From: Solirubrobacteraceae bacterium | GTDB taxonomy: Bacteria > Actinomycetota > Thermoleophilia > Solirubrobacterales > Solirubrobacteraceae | DNA: 52,647 nt | Direction of reading: 5' to 3' | Assembly (NCBI GenBank): GCA_036389475.1 | Contig: DASVPU010000052.1 | Span: 1-52,647, forward strand | Shown here: piece after piece, positions 18,048 to 27,241 of the stretch | How positions within the stretch are numbered: the stretch's first letter is position 1 | Layout: each line of letters opens with the position of its first letter | Made by a program: the position numbers and the translations under genes | The notes under the pieces: model-generated | The model's input: the letters and a program-made list of their open reading frames with translations, nothing else | Database searches by the model: none | What the model was told of the DNA's origin: nothing

Positions 18048-18156
18048 CTATTCGGATTGTACGCGCGGGGCCGGTGGTCGTTTGACACCTATAGGGTCGC
18101 GAGCCGTTGGCCGCTTGAACCGGCGATCGTCGCTGCGGTCGCGGGCGTGGGCGTGG

Positions 18157-18237
18157 GATTCATGTCATGTACTTCGCGTGCTTCGCCCCGCTCGCCGGCG
18201 TCTGGGCCAGTGATTCATGCGTGTCATGTACTTCGCG
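18157..18237. repeat. direct repeat GATTCA(+/-TGCG)TGTCATGTACTTCGCG, two copies
   Basis: An exact 16-mer TGTCATGTACTTCGCG occurs at 18163-18178 and 18222-18237, each preceded by GATTCA. The second copy has a 4-nt insertion. Both lie in the intergenic region upstream of the EVE operon. Confidence 0.7.
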
Positions 18238-18246
18238 CCGAGGACC

Positions 18247-19890
18247 TCACTCGCCCTTGCGGGCCTTGAGCACTCGCAGCCTCCCGCCGGCCGAGCCGTT
18301 CGTTCCCGCCAGGTCTGTCGCCCTCAGGACGACCGAGTAGACGCCAGCCGCACGCGGGCCTACCCAGCGCAGCGCGCGCACCCCGCTGGCGAAGCGGCCG
18401 CTCATGCTCGCCACCGCACGGCCGCGGCGCTTGACGGTGAGCGTCACGAACGCCGGCTTGGACAGCGTCAGCTTCAGCGACGCGGGCCTTCCGGCGCGCG
18501 CCACACGCGAGACGAGCTTCAGGACCGGCGGCCTTGAGAGATAGCTTGTGAAGCGCCGGGCGGATTCGCAGTACGGAGCCGGGTCGGCGACCGGTGCGGG
18601 TGCCCCGGGCGCCACGACCGGGGGCGTCCCGCCGGTGGTCTCTGGCGAGGCGGGCGCTATCGCGCCCCCCGCCGGCGCGCCTGGTGGCGGTGGCAGCGAG
18701 ACCTGCGCGGCGGTGGCCGCCAGCCGGTCGCGATCCTCGGTCAGCCGCGCGCAGAGGTTGCGCAGGAAGTCGCGCGCGAGCCTGTGGTAGCTCAGGTCCG
18801 CCTCGCGCTTGGTCGAGTAGCGCGACCACGCGCCTGTGTCGTACTGCGGCAGCTCGGCGCGTAGCTGTCGCTCGCCGGCCTCGAACAGCGCGCGCCCCTC
18901 CGCATCGTTGGCGAGCAGGGCGAAGTCGTGCAGGCCGTTCAACGCCTGCGTGAACCCGTTGAGCACGCGCACGCTCGGCGCGAACGAGTAGATGAGGTAG
19001 TGCGCGCCCAGCGGGGTGTCGATGCGCACTCCGTCCGGCGGCCCCTCGCGGAAGATTCCGAGCCCGGAGCGCGCGGCGTCGAAGAAGCGCGACTCGTTCA
19101 GGCGGATCGCCGCGCGCGAAAGAGTCTGGATCGCGGTCCCCTGCGCCAGGCCGCTCACCCACGGCGGCCGGCCGCCGTCAAAGCGAAAGAGGTACTCGAA
19201 GGCGATCCCGCCGGCACGCTGGGACGCTATGGCGAGCGACTCGTCGAGCAGCGCGCGCAGATCGTCGTCGTGGATCCCCGACTCCCACAGCGCGTTGGCC
19301 TTGCCGAACGTCCCGAGCCACTGGATCTGCAGGCCCTGGCCCGTGTAGTACTGCCACACCAGGCGGCTGCCTTGGAAGCTGACCCGCGTGCCGTAGCGCA
19401 GCAGCGGTCCGCTGGCCCACCACTGCCGGTTGCGCGCGAGTGTCTGAAACAGCGCCGGCAGGCGCGAGGCGTTCAGCCCGCCCTGCGCCGCAACGTCCTC
19501 GAGATTGCCGAGCGTTGCGCCGAGCGCCGCACGCCGTGCCCCGCGCAGCTTGCTGCGCGTCTTGAGCACGTCCGCGTAGACGCGCCCGTACGCGCCCGCG
19601 GCCACGTCGCCGATCGCGCCCTCCGCGAGCAAGCGCGCGAGCTCGCTGCGCACGGTGGGCAGTGGAGCGCCATCCGGCGAAGCGGAGGCGGCGGCCGCTC
19701 GCACCGGCCGCGGAGCGGACTCCGCGGCCGGTCCGGGTCCGGTCGCGAAATCCGGCAGGTAGCGATCCTCGCGAACGAACGCGCTGCTGTCCTCCCGGAG
19801 CGTCAGCAGCGGCGCCGCAGCGGCGGTGCAGGCAGGCGTCAGCGCCAGGACGAGCGCCAGCGCAAGCGGCCCAATTGGGGTGCGGCGCAC
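18247..19890 (-). CDS. exported D-glucuronyl C5-epimerase-like protein with a C-terminal Ig-like domain
   Basis: GTG 19890 gives the signal peptide 'VRRTPIGPLALALVLALTPACTAAAAP'. Core motifs 'WQYYTGQGLQIQWLGTFGKANALW', 'PPWVSGLAQGTAIQTLSRA' and 'VLNGFTQALNGLHDF'. Confidence 0.55.
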   Translation of the reverse strand: MRRTPIGPLALALVLALTPACTAAAAPLLTLREDSSAFVREDRYLPDFATGPGPAAESAPRPVRAAAASASPDGAPLPTVRSELARLLAEGAIGDVAAGAYGRVYADVLKTRSKLRGARRAALGATLGNLEDVAAQGGLNASRLPALFQTLARNRQWWASGPLLRYGTRVSFQGSRLVWQYYTGQGLQIQWLGTFGKANALWESGIHDDDLRALLDESLAIASQRAGGIAFEYLFRFDGGRPPWVSGLAQGTAIQTLSRAAIRLNESRFFDAARSGLGIFREGPPDGVRIDTPLGAHYLIYSFAPSVRVLNGFTQALNGLHDFALLANDAEGRALFEAGERQLRAELPQYDTGAWSRYSTKREADLSYHRLARDFLRNLCARLTEDRDRLAATAAQVSLPPPPGAPAGGAIAPASPETTGGTPPVVAPGAPAPVADPAPYCESARRFTSYLSRPPVLKLVSRVARAGRPASLKLTLSKPAFVTLTVKRRGRAVASMSGRFASGVRALRWVGPRAAGVYSVVLRATDLAGTNGSAGGRLRVLKARKGE

Positions 19891-19951
19891 CGCGACGATG
19901 CTAAGTTGAACCCGCCCCGGCAGATGCAGTTGCCGTTGCAGGGAAGCCACT

Positions 19952-20974
19952 GTGAGCAGATCCAGCCTCCGACCCGCCGTCCTTGTCGTCTGCGGCGTGC
20001 TGTGCGCCGCCGCGCTGGCCGCATGCGGCGCAGACCAGGGCGACAGCACCGCAACGAAGGCGATCTCGCAGACCTTCGGCCCGAGCGCCACGTCGATCGA
20101 GCGCGGGAAGGTCGACGCGCGCCTGCAGCTCGAACCGGAGGGTCTGCTGGCGATCGGCGGGCCGATCGGCCTGAAGGTGGCAGGTCCGTTCTCCGTGACC
20201 GGCAGCGCACCGCCGCGCTTCGACCTCGCGTTTGCGGCAACGCTTGCCGGCGAGCACTACCAGGGCGCGATCATCTCGACCGGCAAGAAGGGCTTCGTCA
20301 AGCTCGACAACCGCGCGTACTCGATCGACGACGCCTTCGTCTCGATGCTCCGCGGCAAGACGCACAAGGTCAAGAAGTCCGGGCTGAAGGACAGCCTTGG
20401 CATCGACCCGAGCAGCTGGATCTCCAACCCGCAGATGAAGGGCAACGAGCAGGTCAGCGGCGTCGAGACCCAGCGCATCGGCGGCGACGTCAACGTCTCC
20501 AGGCTGCTCGCAGACATCGCCAAGCTGCTCGACAAGGTCGGCGGCTCCTCCTCGAAGGAGAGCTTCCTGACGCCTGCGCTGCGCAAGCAGATCACCGCTG
20601 CGGTGAAGTCGGCGAAGGTCGACGTCTGGACCGGCGCCGAGGACAAGATCCTGCGCCAGATTGCCGTCGCGATCCAGTTTGCGTTCCCGACCGACGTCAA
20701 GCCGCCGATCGCCGGCCTCGAGGCGGGCAAGATCAACCTTCGGCTGCGCCTCGACGACGTCAACGGGACACCGGTGACGATCACAGAGCCGCGGAACGCG
20801 CGGCCGCTGTCCGAGCTCACCGGTGGTGGGTTGCAGGCGTTTTTCTCGGGTCTCGGCGCGAGCCTCACGGGCTCCGGCAAGAGCGCCGGGGGCACCGCGT
20901 TCTTGGGATGCGTCACGAGCGCCCACGGCAGGAGCGTTGCGATCGTTCGCTGCGCCTCGAAGCTCGCGCCGTAG
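19952..20974 (+). CDS. hypothetical lipoprotein
   Basis: Signal peptide with lipobox 'VLCAAALAACGADQ'. Coherent coding frame. No family recognised. Confidence 0.55.
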   Translation: MSRSSLRPAVLVVCGVLCAAALAACGADQGDSTATKAISQTFGPSATSIERGKVDARLQLEPEGLLAIGGPIGLKVAGPFSVTGSAPPRFDLAFAATLAGEHYQGAIISTGKKGFVKLDNRAYSIDDAFVSMLRGKTHKVKKSGLKDSLGIDPSSWISNPQMKGNEQVSGVETQRIGGDVNVSRLLADIAKLLDKVGGSSSKESFLTPALRKQITAAVKSAKVDVWTGAEDKILRQIAVAIQFAFPTDVKPPIAGLEAGKINLRLRLDDVNGTPVTITEPRNARPLSELTGGGLQAFFSGLGASLTGSGKSAGGTAFLGCVTSAHGRSVAIVRCASKLAP

Positions 20975-21007
20975 TGTCTCTTCGCCCAGCCCCTTAATCT
21001 GTCGGCC

Positions 21008-22159
21008 ATGCGCGAGCCCTCGCATACCGCCATCGGCACCTGGAGCGGAGGCCGCTACCTGCATTTCGGCGAGCCGATCGGCGAAGCGCGGCTGCAGGCG
21101 CTGCTGCGGCCCGGCGACGGTCTCGACACGCTGCTGAGCGCCGACGCCTACGGCGCGGGGGAGGCCGACCTCCTGCTGGGCGACGCGCTGAAGGGCGTGA
21201 AGCGCAGCGACTACTGCGTCGTCGGCGCCATCGGGCACGACTTCTATGCCGGCGAGCGCGACGGCGCGAAGGGGTTTCCGCGGTTCACCGATCCGCGCCT
21301 GCGCCCGCCCGAGGCATACGCCGACTACGTCAGGATGGCGACTGAGCGCAGCCTCGAGCGCCTCGGCATCGACGCCTTCGACGTCCTGCTGCTCCACAAC
21401 CCCGACCGCACGGGCTACACGAGCCCGGCCGTGTGGAACGCGCTGCGGGCCGTGCGCGACGAGAACCTGACCGGCTCGCTCGGAGTCGCGCCCGGTCCGG
21501 CGAACGGCTTCACGCTCGACGTCATCGACTGCCTCGAGCGCTTCGGCGAGCTGATCGAATGGGCCATGGTCATCCTCAACCCGCTCGAGCCCTGGCCCGG
21601 CGAGCTGTGCCTCGCGGCCGCGCGCAGGTACGACGTCAAGCTCATCACGCGGGTGGTCGACTACGGCGGGCTGTTTTGGGACGACGTGCGCCCTGGCCAC
21701 GCGTTCGCGCCGCGCGATCACCGCACGTTCCGTCCGCGGGGCTGGGTCGAGGCCGGAGCCGAGAAGCTCGACGTGCTGCGTCCGATCGCCGAGCGCCACG
21801 GTCTGACGATGCTGCAGCTTGCCGCGCAGTGGTGCCTGGCTCACGAGCCGGTCGCGTGCGTCGTGCCGACGTTGATCCAGGAACCCGCGCCGGCGCGACC
21901 GATCGAGGAGAAGCGCGCCGAGCTGCTCGCCACGCCGTCGACGGTGCTGCTCAGCGACGACGACCTCGCGACGATCCGGGCGATCGGCGACAACACGGGC
22001 AGCATGGCACTCAAGGGCGCCGGGCCCGACCACGAGGGCGAGCCGCGTCCGGACCGCTGGGCGATCAGCCCCGAGCTCGACGCGCTCGCCCGCCGCTGGG
22101 GCATCGAGCCGGATCGCGACCTGCGCCAGCTCACCAGCTCAGCCCCGGCACGCGACTGA
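21008..22159 (+). CDS. aldo/keto reductase
   Basis: 'DTLLSADAYGAGEADLLLGDAL', 'ERSLERLGIDAFDVLLLHNPD', 'LTMLQLAAQWCLAHEPVACVVPT'. Confidence 0.85.
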   Translation: MREPSHTAIGTWSGGRYLHFGEPIGEARLQALLRPGDGLDTLLSADAYGAGEADLLLGDALKGVKRSDYCVVGAIGHDFYAGERDGAKGFPRFTDPRLRPPEAYADYVRMATERSLERLGIDAFDVLLLHNPDRTGYTSPAVWNALRAVRDENLTGSLGVAPGPANGFTLDVIDCLERFGELIEWAMVILNPLEPWPGELCLAAARRYDVKLITRVVDYGGLFWDDVRPGHAFAPRDHRTFRPRGWVEAGAEKLDVLRPIAERHGLTMLQLAAQWCLAHEPVACVVPTLIQEPAPARPIEEKRAELLATPSTVLLSDDDLATIRAIGDNTGSMALKGAGPDHEGEPRPDRWAISPELDALARRWGIEPDRDLRQLTSSAPARD

Positions 22160-22169
22160 GCCACGAGCC

Positions 22170-23285
22170 GTGGCAAAGGCCAGTCGCTTCCTTCTGTCGG
22201 GGTCCGGGTGGCCGTACCTGCTCGTCCCCTTCATCCCGATCGCGATCGCGCTCGAGCTCGCCCACGCCGAGGCGACGCTGATCTTCGCCGCCGCGGCCGC
22301 GGGCGTGATCCCGACTGCTGCGCTCATGGGGCGTGCAACCGAGGAGCTCTCGCACCGGGCCGGGCCCGGGATCGGCGGATTCCTGAACGTCACGTTCGGC
22401 AACGCGCCTGAGCTGATCATCGCGTTCTTCGCGCTCAAGGAAGGGCTGCAGGAGGTCGTCAAGGCGTCGCTGATCGGCTCGATCCTCGGCAACATCCTGC
22501 TCGTCATGGGCGCGGCGATGCTCGTCGGCGGCCTCAGGCGCGAACGGCAGACCTTCAATCCCACCGCCGCGAGCGTGCAGTCCTCGATGCTGCTGCTCGC
22601 CGCTGTCGCGCTCGTGATGCCGACGATCTTCCAGCTCGTGCACGGCGGCGGCCTGCCGCGCGTCGGAGAGGAGATCGTCGACTTCGGCGCGGACGTCGAA
22701 CAGATGTCGCTCATCGTCGCGATCGTCCTGCTGTGCTCATACGCTGCGGGCCTCGTCTTCTCGCTGAGGTCGCACCGCGCGCTGTTCAACCCCAGCCACG
22801 GGGAGGAGGAGCACATGGACGAGCCGTGGTCGGTCCGGACTGCGGTCATCACGCTTGCGATCGCCGGCGTTGCGGTCGGCGTGATGTCCGAGATCCTCGT
22901 CGGCTCGATCTCCGAGGCCTCGCAGTCGATCGGGCTGAGCGAGTTCTTCGTCGGCCTGATCGTCGTCGCGATCGTCGGCAACGCGGCCGAGCACTGGGTC
23001 GCGATCTACTTCGCCGCCAGGGACAAGATGGACCTCTCGGTGAACATCGCGATCGGGTCGAGCGCTCAGATCGCGCTGTTCGCGGCGCCTGTGCTCGTCC
23101 TCGTCTCCTTCCTGATTGGCCCCAACCCGATGGCGCTCGTCTTCAACGGCTTCGAGCTCGGCGCGATCCTGCTTGCGATCCTGATCGCCAATCACGTCAC
23201 GCACGACGGCGAGTCGACCTGGTATGAGGGTCTGCAGCTGCTCGCGGTCTACGCGGTGCTGGGCGTCGTCTTCTTCTACGCGTAG
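22170..23285 (+). CDS. Ca2+/H+ antiporter (CaCA family)
   Basis: Two alpha-repeat motifs, 'GNAPELIIAFFALKEG' and 'GNAAEHWVAIYFAARDKMDLSVNIAIGSS', with about 11 TM helices. Confidence 0.9.
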   Translation: MAKASRFLLSGSGWPYLLVPFIPIAIALELAHAEATLIFAAAAAGVIPTAALMGRATEELSHRAGPGIGGFLNVTFGNAPELIIAFFALKEGLQEVVKASLIGSILGNILLVMGAAMLVGGLRRERQTFNPTAASVQSSMLLLAAVALVMPTIFQLVHGGGLPRVGEEIVDFGADVEQMSLIVAIVLLCSYAAGLVFSLRSHRALFNPSHGEEEHMDEPWSVRTAVITLAIAGVAVGVMSEILVGSISEASQSIGLSEFFVGLIVVAIVGNAAEHWVAIYFAARDKMDLSVNIAIGSSAQIALFAAPVLVLVSFLIGPNPMALVFNGFELGAILLAILIANHVTHDGESTWYEGLQLLAVYAVLGVVFFYA

Positions 23286-23571
23286 CCCTGGGGCTGGGTT
23301 CTTCGCTGGGCGCGGGCGAGACGACAGCGGCGCGGTCGGAAGCAGGCCAGACGCATGGCGCGGGCGCCGCCGCCGGACGGGTCAATCGCCGCAGCGAGTC
23401 GCGCGAGCCGCTTCTCACCGAGGTAGCAGCCGGTAAACAGCGACGCCAGCAGGACGATCGCGGGAGACAGGAACAGCACGCCGACATCGAGCCGGGGCAC
23501 GACGAGCACGACAGCGAACGCCGCCGTCGCAACGACGAGCGGGAAGATGTGGGCCCAGCGGGCGCGCGCCA
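23276..23571 (-). CDS. hypothetical small membrane protein (paralog of 23651-23995)
   Basis: 'MARARWAHIFPLVVATAAFAVVLVV', then 'DVGV ... LFTGCYLGEKRLARLAAAID', which is shared with the divergent neighbour. Confidence 0.35.
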
Positions 23572-23650
23572 TGAAGGGCGGCAGGTCTAGCAGTCCCTCC
23601 GGCGTGTCGTCAGACGGCGCGCGCAACCGGTTGCATACGCGACGCCGCTC

Positions 23651-23995
23651 GTGCAGCATGATGTGCTGGTGACGCGTCGCGATCGTCAGCTGCTGTTTGC
23701 GCTTGCCGGGCTTACGCTCGCGCTGGCGTCGCTGACCGACGTCGGCGTTCACAGCGACGTGCTGCTGGCCGCGCCGGTGCTCATGTTCGCGCTGCCGCTG
23801 TTCGCCGGCCGCTACGTCGGCGAGGAGCAGCTTGCTCGTCTGGCCGCCGCGTTTGACGTCAGACGCCGCCGCCCGGCGGTCGCGCTCGAACCGAATGCGC
23901 GCCGGGCGCCGCAGAGCCTGGCCCGCGGCGGCTGCCTGATCGCGGTCTCGCTTGCCGTGCGCCCGCCGCCGGCACACCTTCCTCTGACCGCGTAG
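23651..23995 (+). CDS. hypothetical small membrane protein (paralog of 23276-23571)
   Basis: 'DVGV ... LFAGRYVGEEQLARLAAAFD', followed by an Arg-rich tail ending 'SLAVRPPPA'. The start is uncertain. Confidence 0.35.
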   Translation: MQHDVLVTRRDRQLLFALAGLTLALASLTDVGVHSDVLLAAPVLMFALPLFAGRYVGEEQLARLAAAFDVRRRRPAVALEPNARRAPQSLARGGCLIAVSLAVRPPPAHLPLTA

Positions 23996-24053
23996 AGCGC
24001 TTCGGCCGCACGGGTCGAAGCGGAGCTTCGATCCACGAGAAGGAGGGCCGCCG

Positions 24054-24731
24054 ATGGTCCGTCGTACCGTCCTCGCCGGCGCGCTGTGCGTGCTGCTGGC
24101 GGGGCTCATCGCCACACCCGCGTCCGGCCACGCCGGCAATCTCAACTACGAGTCCGTTGTGCGCGCCGTCACCCCGAGCATCCCAGGCTTCAGCGTCGAG
24201 GTCCTCAACGGCGACGACCGCCTCGAGCTCGTCAACACAAGCAAGAAGAGCGTCACCGTCTATGGCTACAACAAGGAGCCCTACCTGCGCCTGGGTCCCG
24301 ACGGGGCGGTGTCCGTGAACCTGCGCTCGCCCGCCTACTACCTCAACCAGGACCGCTTCACCGGCGGGAAGGTGCCCGACACGGCCGATCCGAAGGCCGC
24401 GCCGCAATGGAGCGTCGTCGACCGCGGCGGGCGCTATCAGTTCCACGACCACCGCATGCACTGGATGGCAAAGACCGTCCCGCCGCAGGTTAAGGACAAG
24501 TCCAAGCGCACGAAGATCTTCGACTGGGCGGTCCCGCTGCGCGTCGAGCAGGCATCGGCGACGATCAGCGGTCAGCTGTTCTGGAGAGGATCGGCAGGCG
24601 GGCCCCCCGCGGGTGCCTACATCGCTCTCGTCGCGCTGGGGGCGCTCGCCGTCGCGGCCGTCGTGGGCGTGCGCCGCCGCCGTGCGGCCGGCGCTCCCGG
24701 TCCGGCCTCCTTCAGCGGGGAAGCCTGGTGA
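24054..24731 (+). CDS. exported, C-terminally membrane-anchored protein of unknown family (predicted mature N-terminus His)
   Basis: Signal peptide 'MVRRTVLAGALCVLLAGLIATPASG|HAGNL'. C-terminal TM 'AYIALVALGALAVAAVVGV' followed by RRRR. GTGA overlap with the CopC/CopD gene at 24728-24731. Confidence 0.55.
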   Translation: MVRRTVLAGALCVLLAGLIATPASGHAGNLNYESVVRAVTPSIPGFSVEVLNGDDRLELVNTSKKSVTVYGYNKEPYLRLGPDGAVSVNLRSPAYYLNQDRFTGGKVPDTADPKAAPQWSVVDRGGRYQFHDHRMHWMAKTVPPQVKDKSKRTKIFDWAVPLRVEQASATISGQLFWRGSAGGPPAGAYIALVALGALAVAAVVGVRRRRAAGAPGPASFSGEAW

Positions 24732-26530
24732 CGCAGCGCGCGCTCGCCCTCGCGGGCGCGCTGCTGGCGGCGTCGCTGCTGGCGCCCACGGGCGCAGCGG
24801 CGCACGCGCTGCTCGTCGACACCGTTCCGCAGCGCGGCGCGACCCTGCGGCACGAGCCGCGCCAGGTCGTGCTGCACTTCAGCGAGACTGTCGAGGGCAA
24901 CTTCGGCGCCGTGCGGGTCTTCGACGCCGCGGCCAATCGCGTCGACGACGGGCGCACCATCCACCCGCAGGACAGCGGATCGCGGCTTGCCGTCGGCCTG
25001 AAGCCCGGGCTGCCCGACGGCACGTACGTCGCGACGTACCGCGTCATCTCCGCCGACAGCCACCCGCTCTCCGGCGGCCTCGTGTTCTCCGTCGGCAAGA
25101 CCGGCGCGACAGCCACGCCGATGGTCTCCCAGCTCATCGGCGACAGCACGGCGGGGCCCGTGACGCAAGGCGTCTTCGGGCTCGCTCGTGGGTTGACCTA
25201 CCTCGCGACTGCGCTCGTGCTCGGCGGCTTGGCGTTCCTGCTCGTCGTCTGGCTGCCGGCGCTGCGCGTGGCGGCCGGCGCGGCGGACGAGTGGCAAGAG
25301 GCGTCGCAGGCGTTCGGGCGGCGAGCGCGACGGCTGCTGGTGGGCGGGGCGGGGCTGGGGATCGCCAGCGGCCTCGCGGGCATCGTCCTGCAGGGCGCGA
25401 CCGCGGGCGCGACGAGCGGCTGGGCGGCGCTGAAGCCGTCGGTGCTGGGTGCCGTCCTGGGCACGCGCTTCGGCGAGGTCTGGAGTCTGCGCGTGCTGGC
25501 GTTCGCAGCGCTCGGGTGTGCGCTCGCGCTCGCGCTGCGCGGCCTGCGTCAGCCCGGCGGTGCGGCTGCGCTGCAGCGCGTCGCGCTCGGAGCCGACGGC
25601 CTGGCGGCGCCGGGACTGCCGCGCGGAGAGCTGGCGCTGGCCGCATTGCCGGCGACGCTCATCGCGCTTGCCCCGGCGCTCGCCGGACATGCGAGCGTGC
25701 AGTCGCCGGTGGCGCTGCTGTTCCCGCTCGACGTCATGCACGTGCTCGCGATGAGCGCCTGGATCGGCGGCCTGCTGCTGGCGCTGTTGGCGCTCCCGGC
25801 CGCGACGCGCCGGCTGCAGGGGCCCGACCGCACGCGCCTGCTCGCCGCCGTACTGCTGCGCTTCTCGCCGCTGGCGCTGGGCTGCGTGGTCGTGCTGCTC
25901 GTCACCGGCACGATCCAGGCGATCGAGCACGTCGGCTCGTGGGACGCGCTGCTGCACACCGGCTTCGGGCGGGCGATCCTCGCGAAGATCGTGCTGATCG
26001 CCGTGCTGATCGCGGTCGGTGCCGTCAACCGCCGACGCGTCGTGCCGCGGCTGCGCGCGCTCGCACAGCAGGCCGCGGCGCCCGGCGCGACGGGGCGGTT
26101 GCTGCGCCGAACGCTGCGCGCCGAGGTCGCGCTCGTGCTCGTCGTGCTCGGCGTGACGTCCGCGCTCGTCAGCTATCCGCCGCCTGATTCGCTCGCCGGC
26201 GGACCGTTCAGCGCCAGCACGACGCTCGGCCCGCTGCGCATGGAGACGACCGTCGATCCGGCGCGGGTCGGCCCCAACGAGATACACCTGTACCTGCTCG
26301 ACGCGAAGAACGGGACGCCGTCCAGCGCCACGAAGGAGCTGACGGTCACGCTCGCGCTGCCGGCGAGGAAGATCGGGCCGCTGCCGGCCAAGGCGCGCGA
26401 GGCGGGGCCAGGTCATTACGTGATCGACACCGTCCAGCTCGTCCCGGCCGGCGAGTGGCGCCTGGACGTGACGAGCCGCGTGTCGGAGTTCGACCAGTAC
26501 GAGGGATCGCTCAAGGTCCCGGTGCGATGA
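24728..26530 (+). CDS. copper resistance protein CopC/CopD fusion with a C-terminal soluble domain
   Basis: CopC domain 'AAA|HALLVDTVPQRGATL ... YRVISADSHPLSGGLVFSVG'. A multi-helix CopD domain follows, then a beta-rich tail. Confidence 0.85.
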   Translation: MTQRALALAGALLAASLLAPTGAAAHALLVDTVPQRGATLRHEPRQVVLHFSETVEGNFGAVRVFDAAANRVDDGRTIHPQDSGSRLAVGLKPGLPDGTYVATYRVISADSHPLSGGLVFSVGKTGATATPMVSQLIGDSTAGPVTQGVFGLARGLTYLATALVLGGLAFLLVVWLPALRVAAGAADEWQEASQAFGRRARRLLVGGAGLGIASGLAGIVLQGATAGATSGWAALKPSVLGAVLGTRFGEVWSLRVLAFAALGCALALALRGLRQPGGAAALQRVALGADGLAAPGLPRGELALAALPATLIALAPALAGHASVQSPVALLFPLDVMHVLAMSAWIGGLLLALLALPAATRRLQGPDRTRLLAAVLLRFSPLALGCVVVLLVTGTIQAIEHVGSWDALLHTGFGRAILAKIVLIAVLIAVGAVNRRRVVPRLRALAQQAAAPGATGRLLRRTLRAEVALVLVVLGVTSALVSYPPPDSLAGGPFSASTTLGPLRMETTVDPARVGPNEIHLYLLDAKNGTPSSATKELTVTLALPARKIGPLPAKAREAGPGHYVIDTVQLVPAGEWRLDVTSRVSEFDQYEGSLKVPVR

Positions 26531-27241
26531 ATGAGAGGCATACCAATGAACCGCAGACTCACGATCGCCGCGGCCGCGGCCGCGCTTGTGGCGCCCACCG
26601 CCGCAGCTCAAGCGCACGTAACGCTGCAGCCCGGGCAGGCTCCGGCCGGCGGCTTCGCGCGCCTTGACGTCCGCGTCCCCAACGAGGACCCAGCGAAGGC
26701 GACGACGAAGGTCGTCATCCAGATGCCGCCGGGCTTCGCCGAGGCCGCCTATCAGCCCGTTCCCGGCTGGCGCGTCACGGTTGCCAAGCGCAAGCTCGCG
26801 GTGCCCGTGAAGACCGACAAGGGCGATACGCGGACCGAAGAGGTCTCCAGGCTCACGTTCGCTTCCACCGGAAAGGGGATCGAGCCGGGCCAGTTTCAGG
26901 ACTTCGGCCTGTCGGTCGGCATCCCGGACGAGCCGGTCGGCACGAAGCTCACGTTCAAGGCGCTGCAGACCTACGCGGGCGACAACGTCGTGCGCTGGAT
27001 CGGCGCGCCCGGCAGCGACCATCCGGCGCCGCAGGTCACGCTCGTCGCGGCGCCCGCAACGGCGACGGCGACGGCGACCGCGGCGAAGCCGGCGGCCGGG
27101 GCCACGTCCGAGAAGGAAGACGGTAATGGCAACGGCCTCGCGATCGCGGCGCTGATCGTCGGCGCGCTCGGCCTCCTGACGGGCGGCGCGGCGCTGCTCG
27201 CCGGACGACGTCGAGCGGGCGCGGCCCCCACGGGTGCGTGA
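26531..27241 (+). CDS. YcnI-family (DUF1775) copper-binding protein, membrane anchored
   Basis: 'AQA|HVTLQPGQAPAGGFARLDVRVPNE', 'QTYAGDNVVRWIG' and a C-terminal TM. An alternative ATG lies at 26546. Confidence 0.85.
   Translation: MRGIPMNRRLTIAAAAAALVAPTAAAQAHVTLQPGQAPAGGFARLDVRVPNEDPAKATTKVVIQMPPGFAEAAYQPVPGWRVTVAKRKLAVPVKTDKGDTRTEEVSRLTFASTGKGIEPGQFQDFGLSVGIPDEPVGTKLTFKALQTYAGDNVVRWIGAPGSDHPAPQVTLVAAPATATATATAAKPAAGATSEKEDGNGNGLAIAALIVGALGLLTGGAALLAGRRRAGAAPTGA

Noticed and set aside
19901-22033. 710-aa ORF on the minus strand spanning the lipoprotein and aldo/keto reductase genes.
   Set aside because: It is antisense to two genes that have clear family motifs or a lipobox. Its translation is Arg/Ala/Gly/Asp-rich low complexity with no motifs. 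This is a typical shadow ORF of a high-GC genome.
24617-27022. 801-aa minus-strand ORF across the copper cluster. The 524-aa +2 frame ORF at 24613-26187 falls in the same category.
   Set aside because: It is antisense or out of frame relative to CopC/CopD and YcnI, which have unmistakable motifs. Its composition is dominated by Arg/Ala/Gly.
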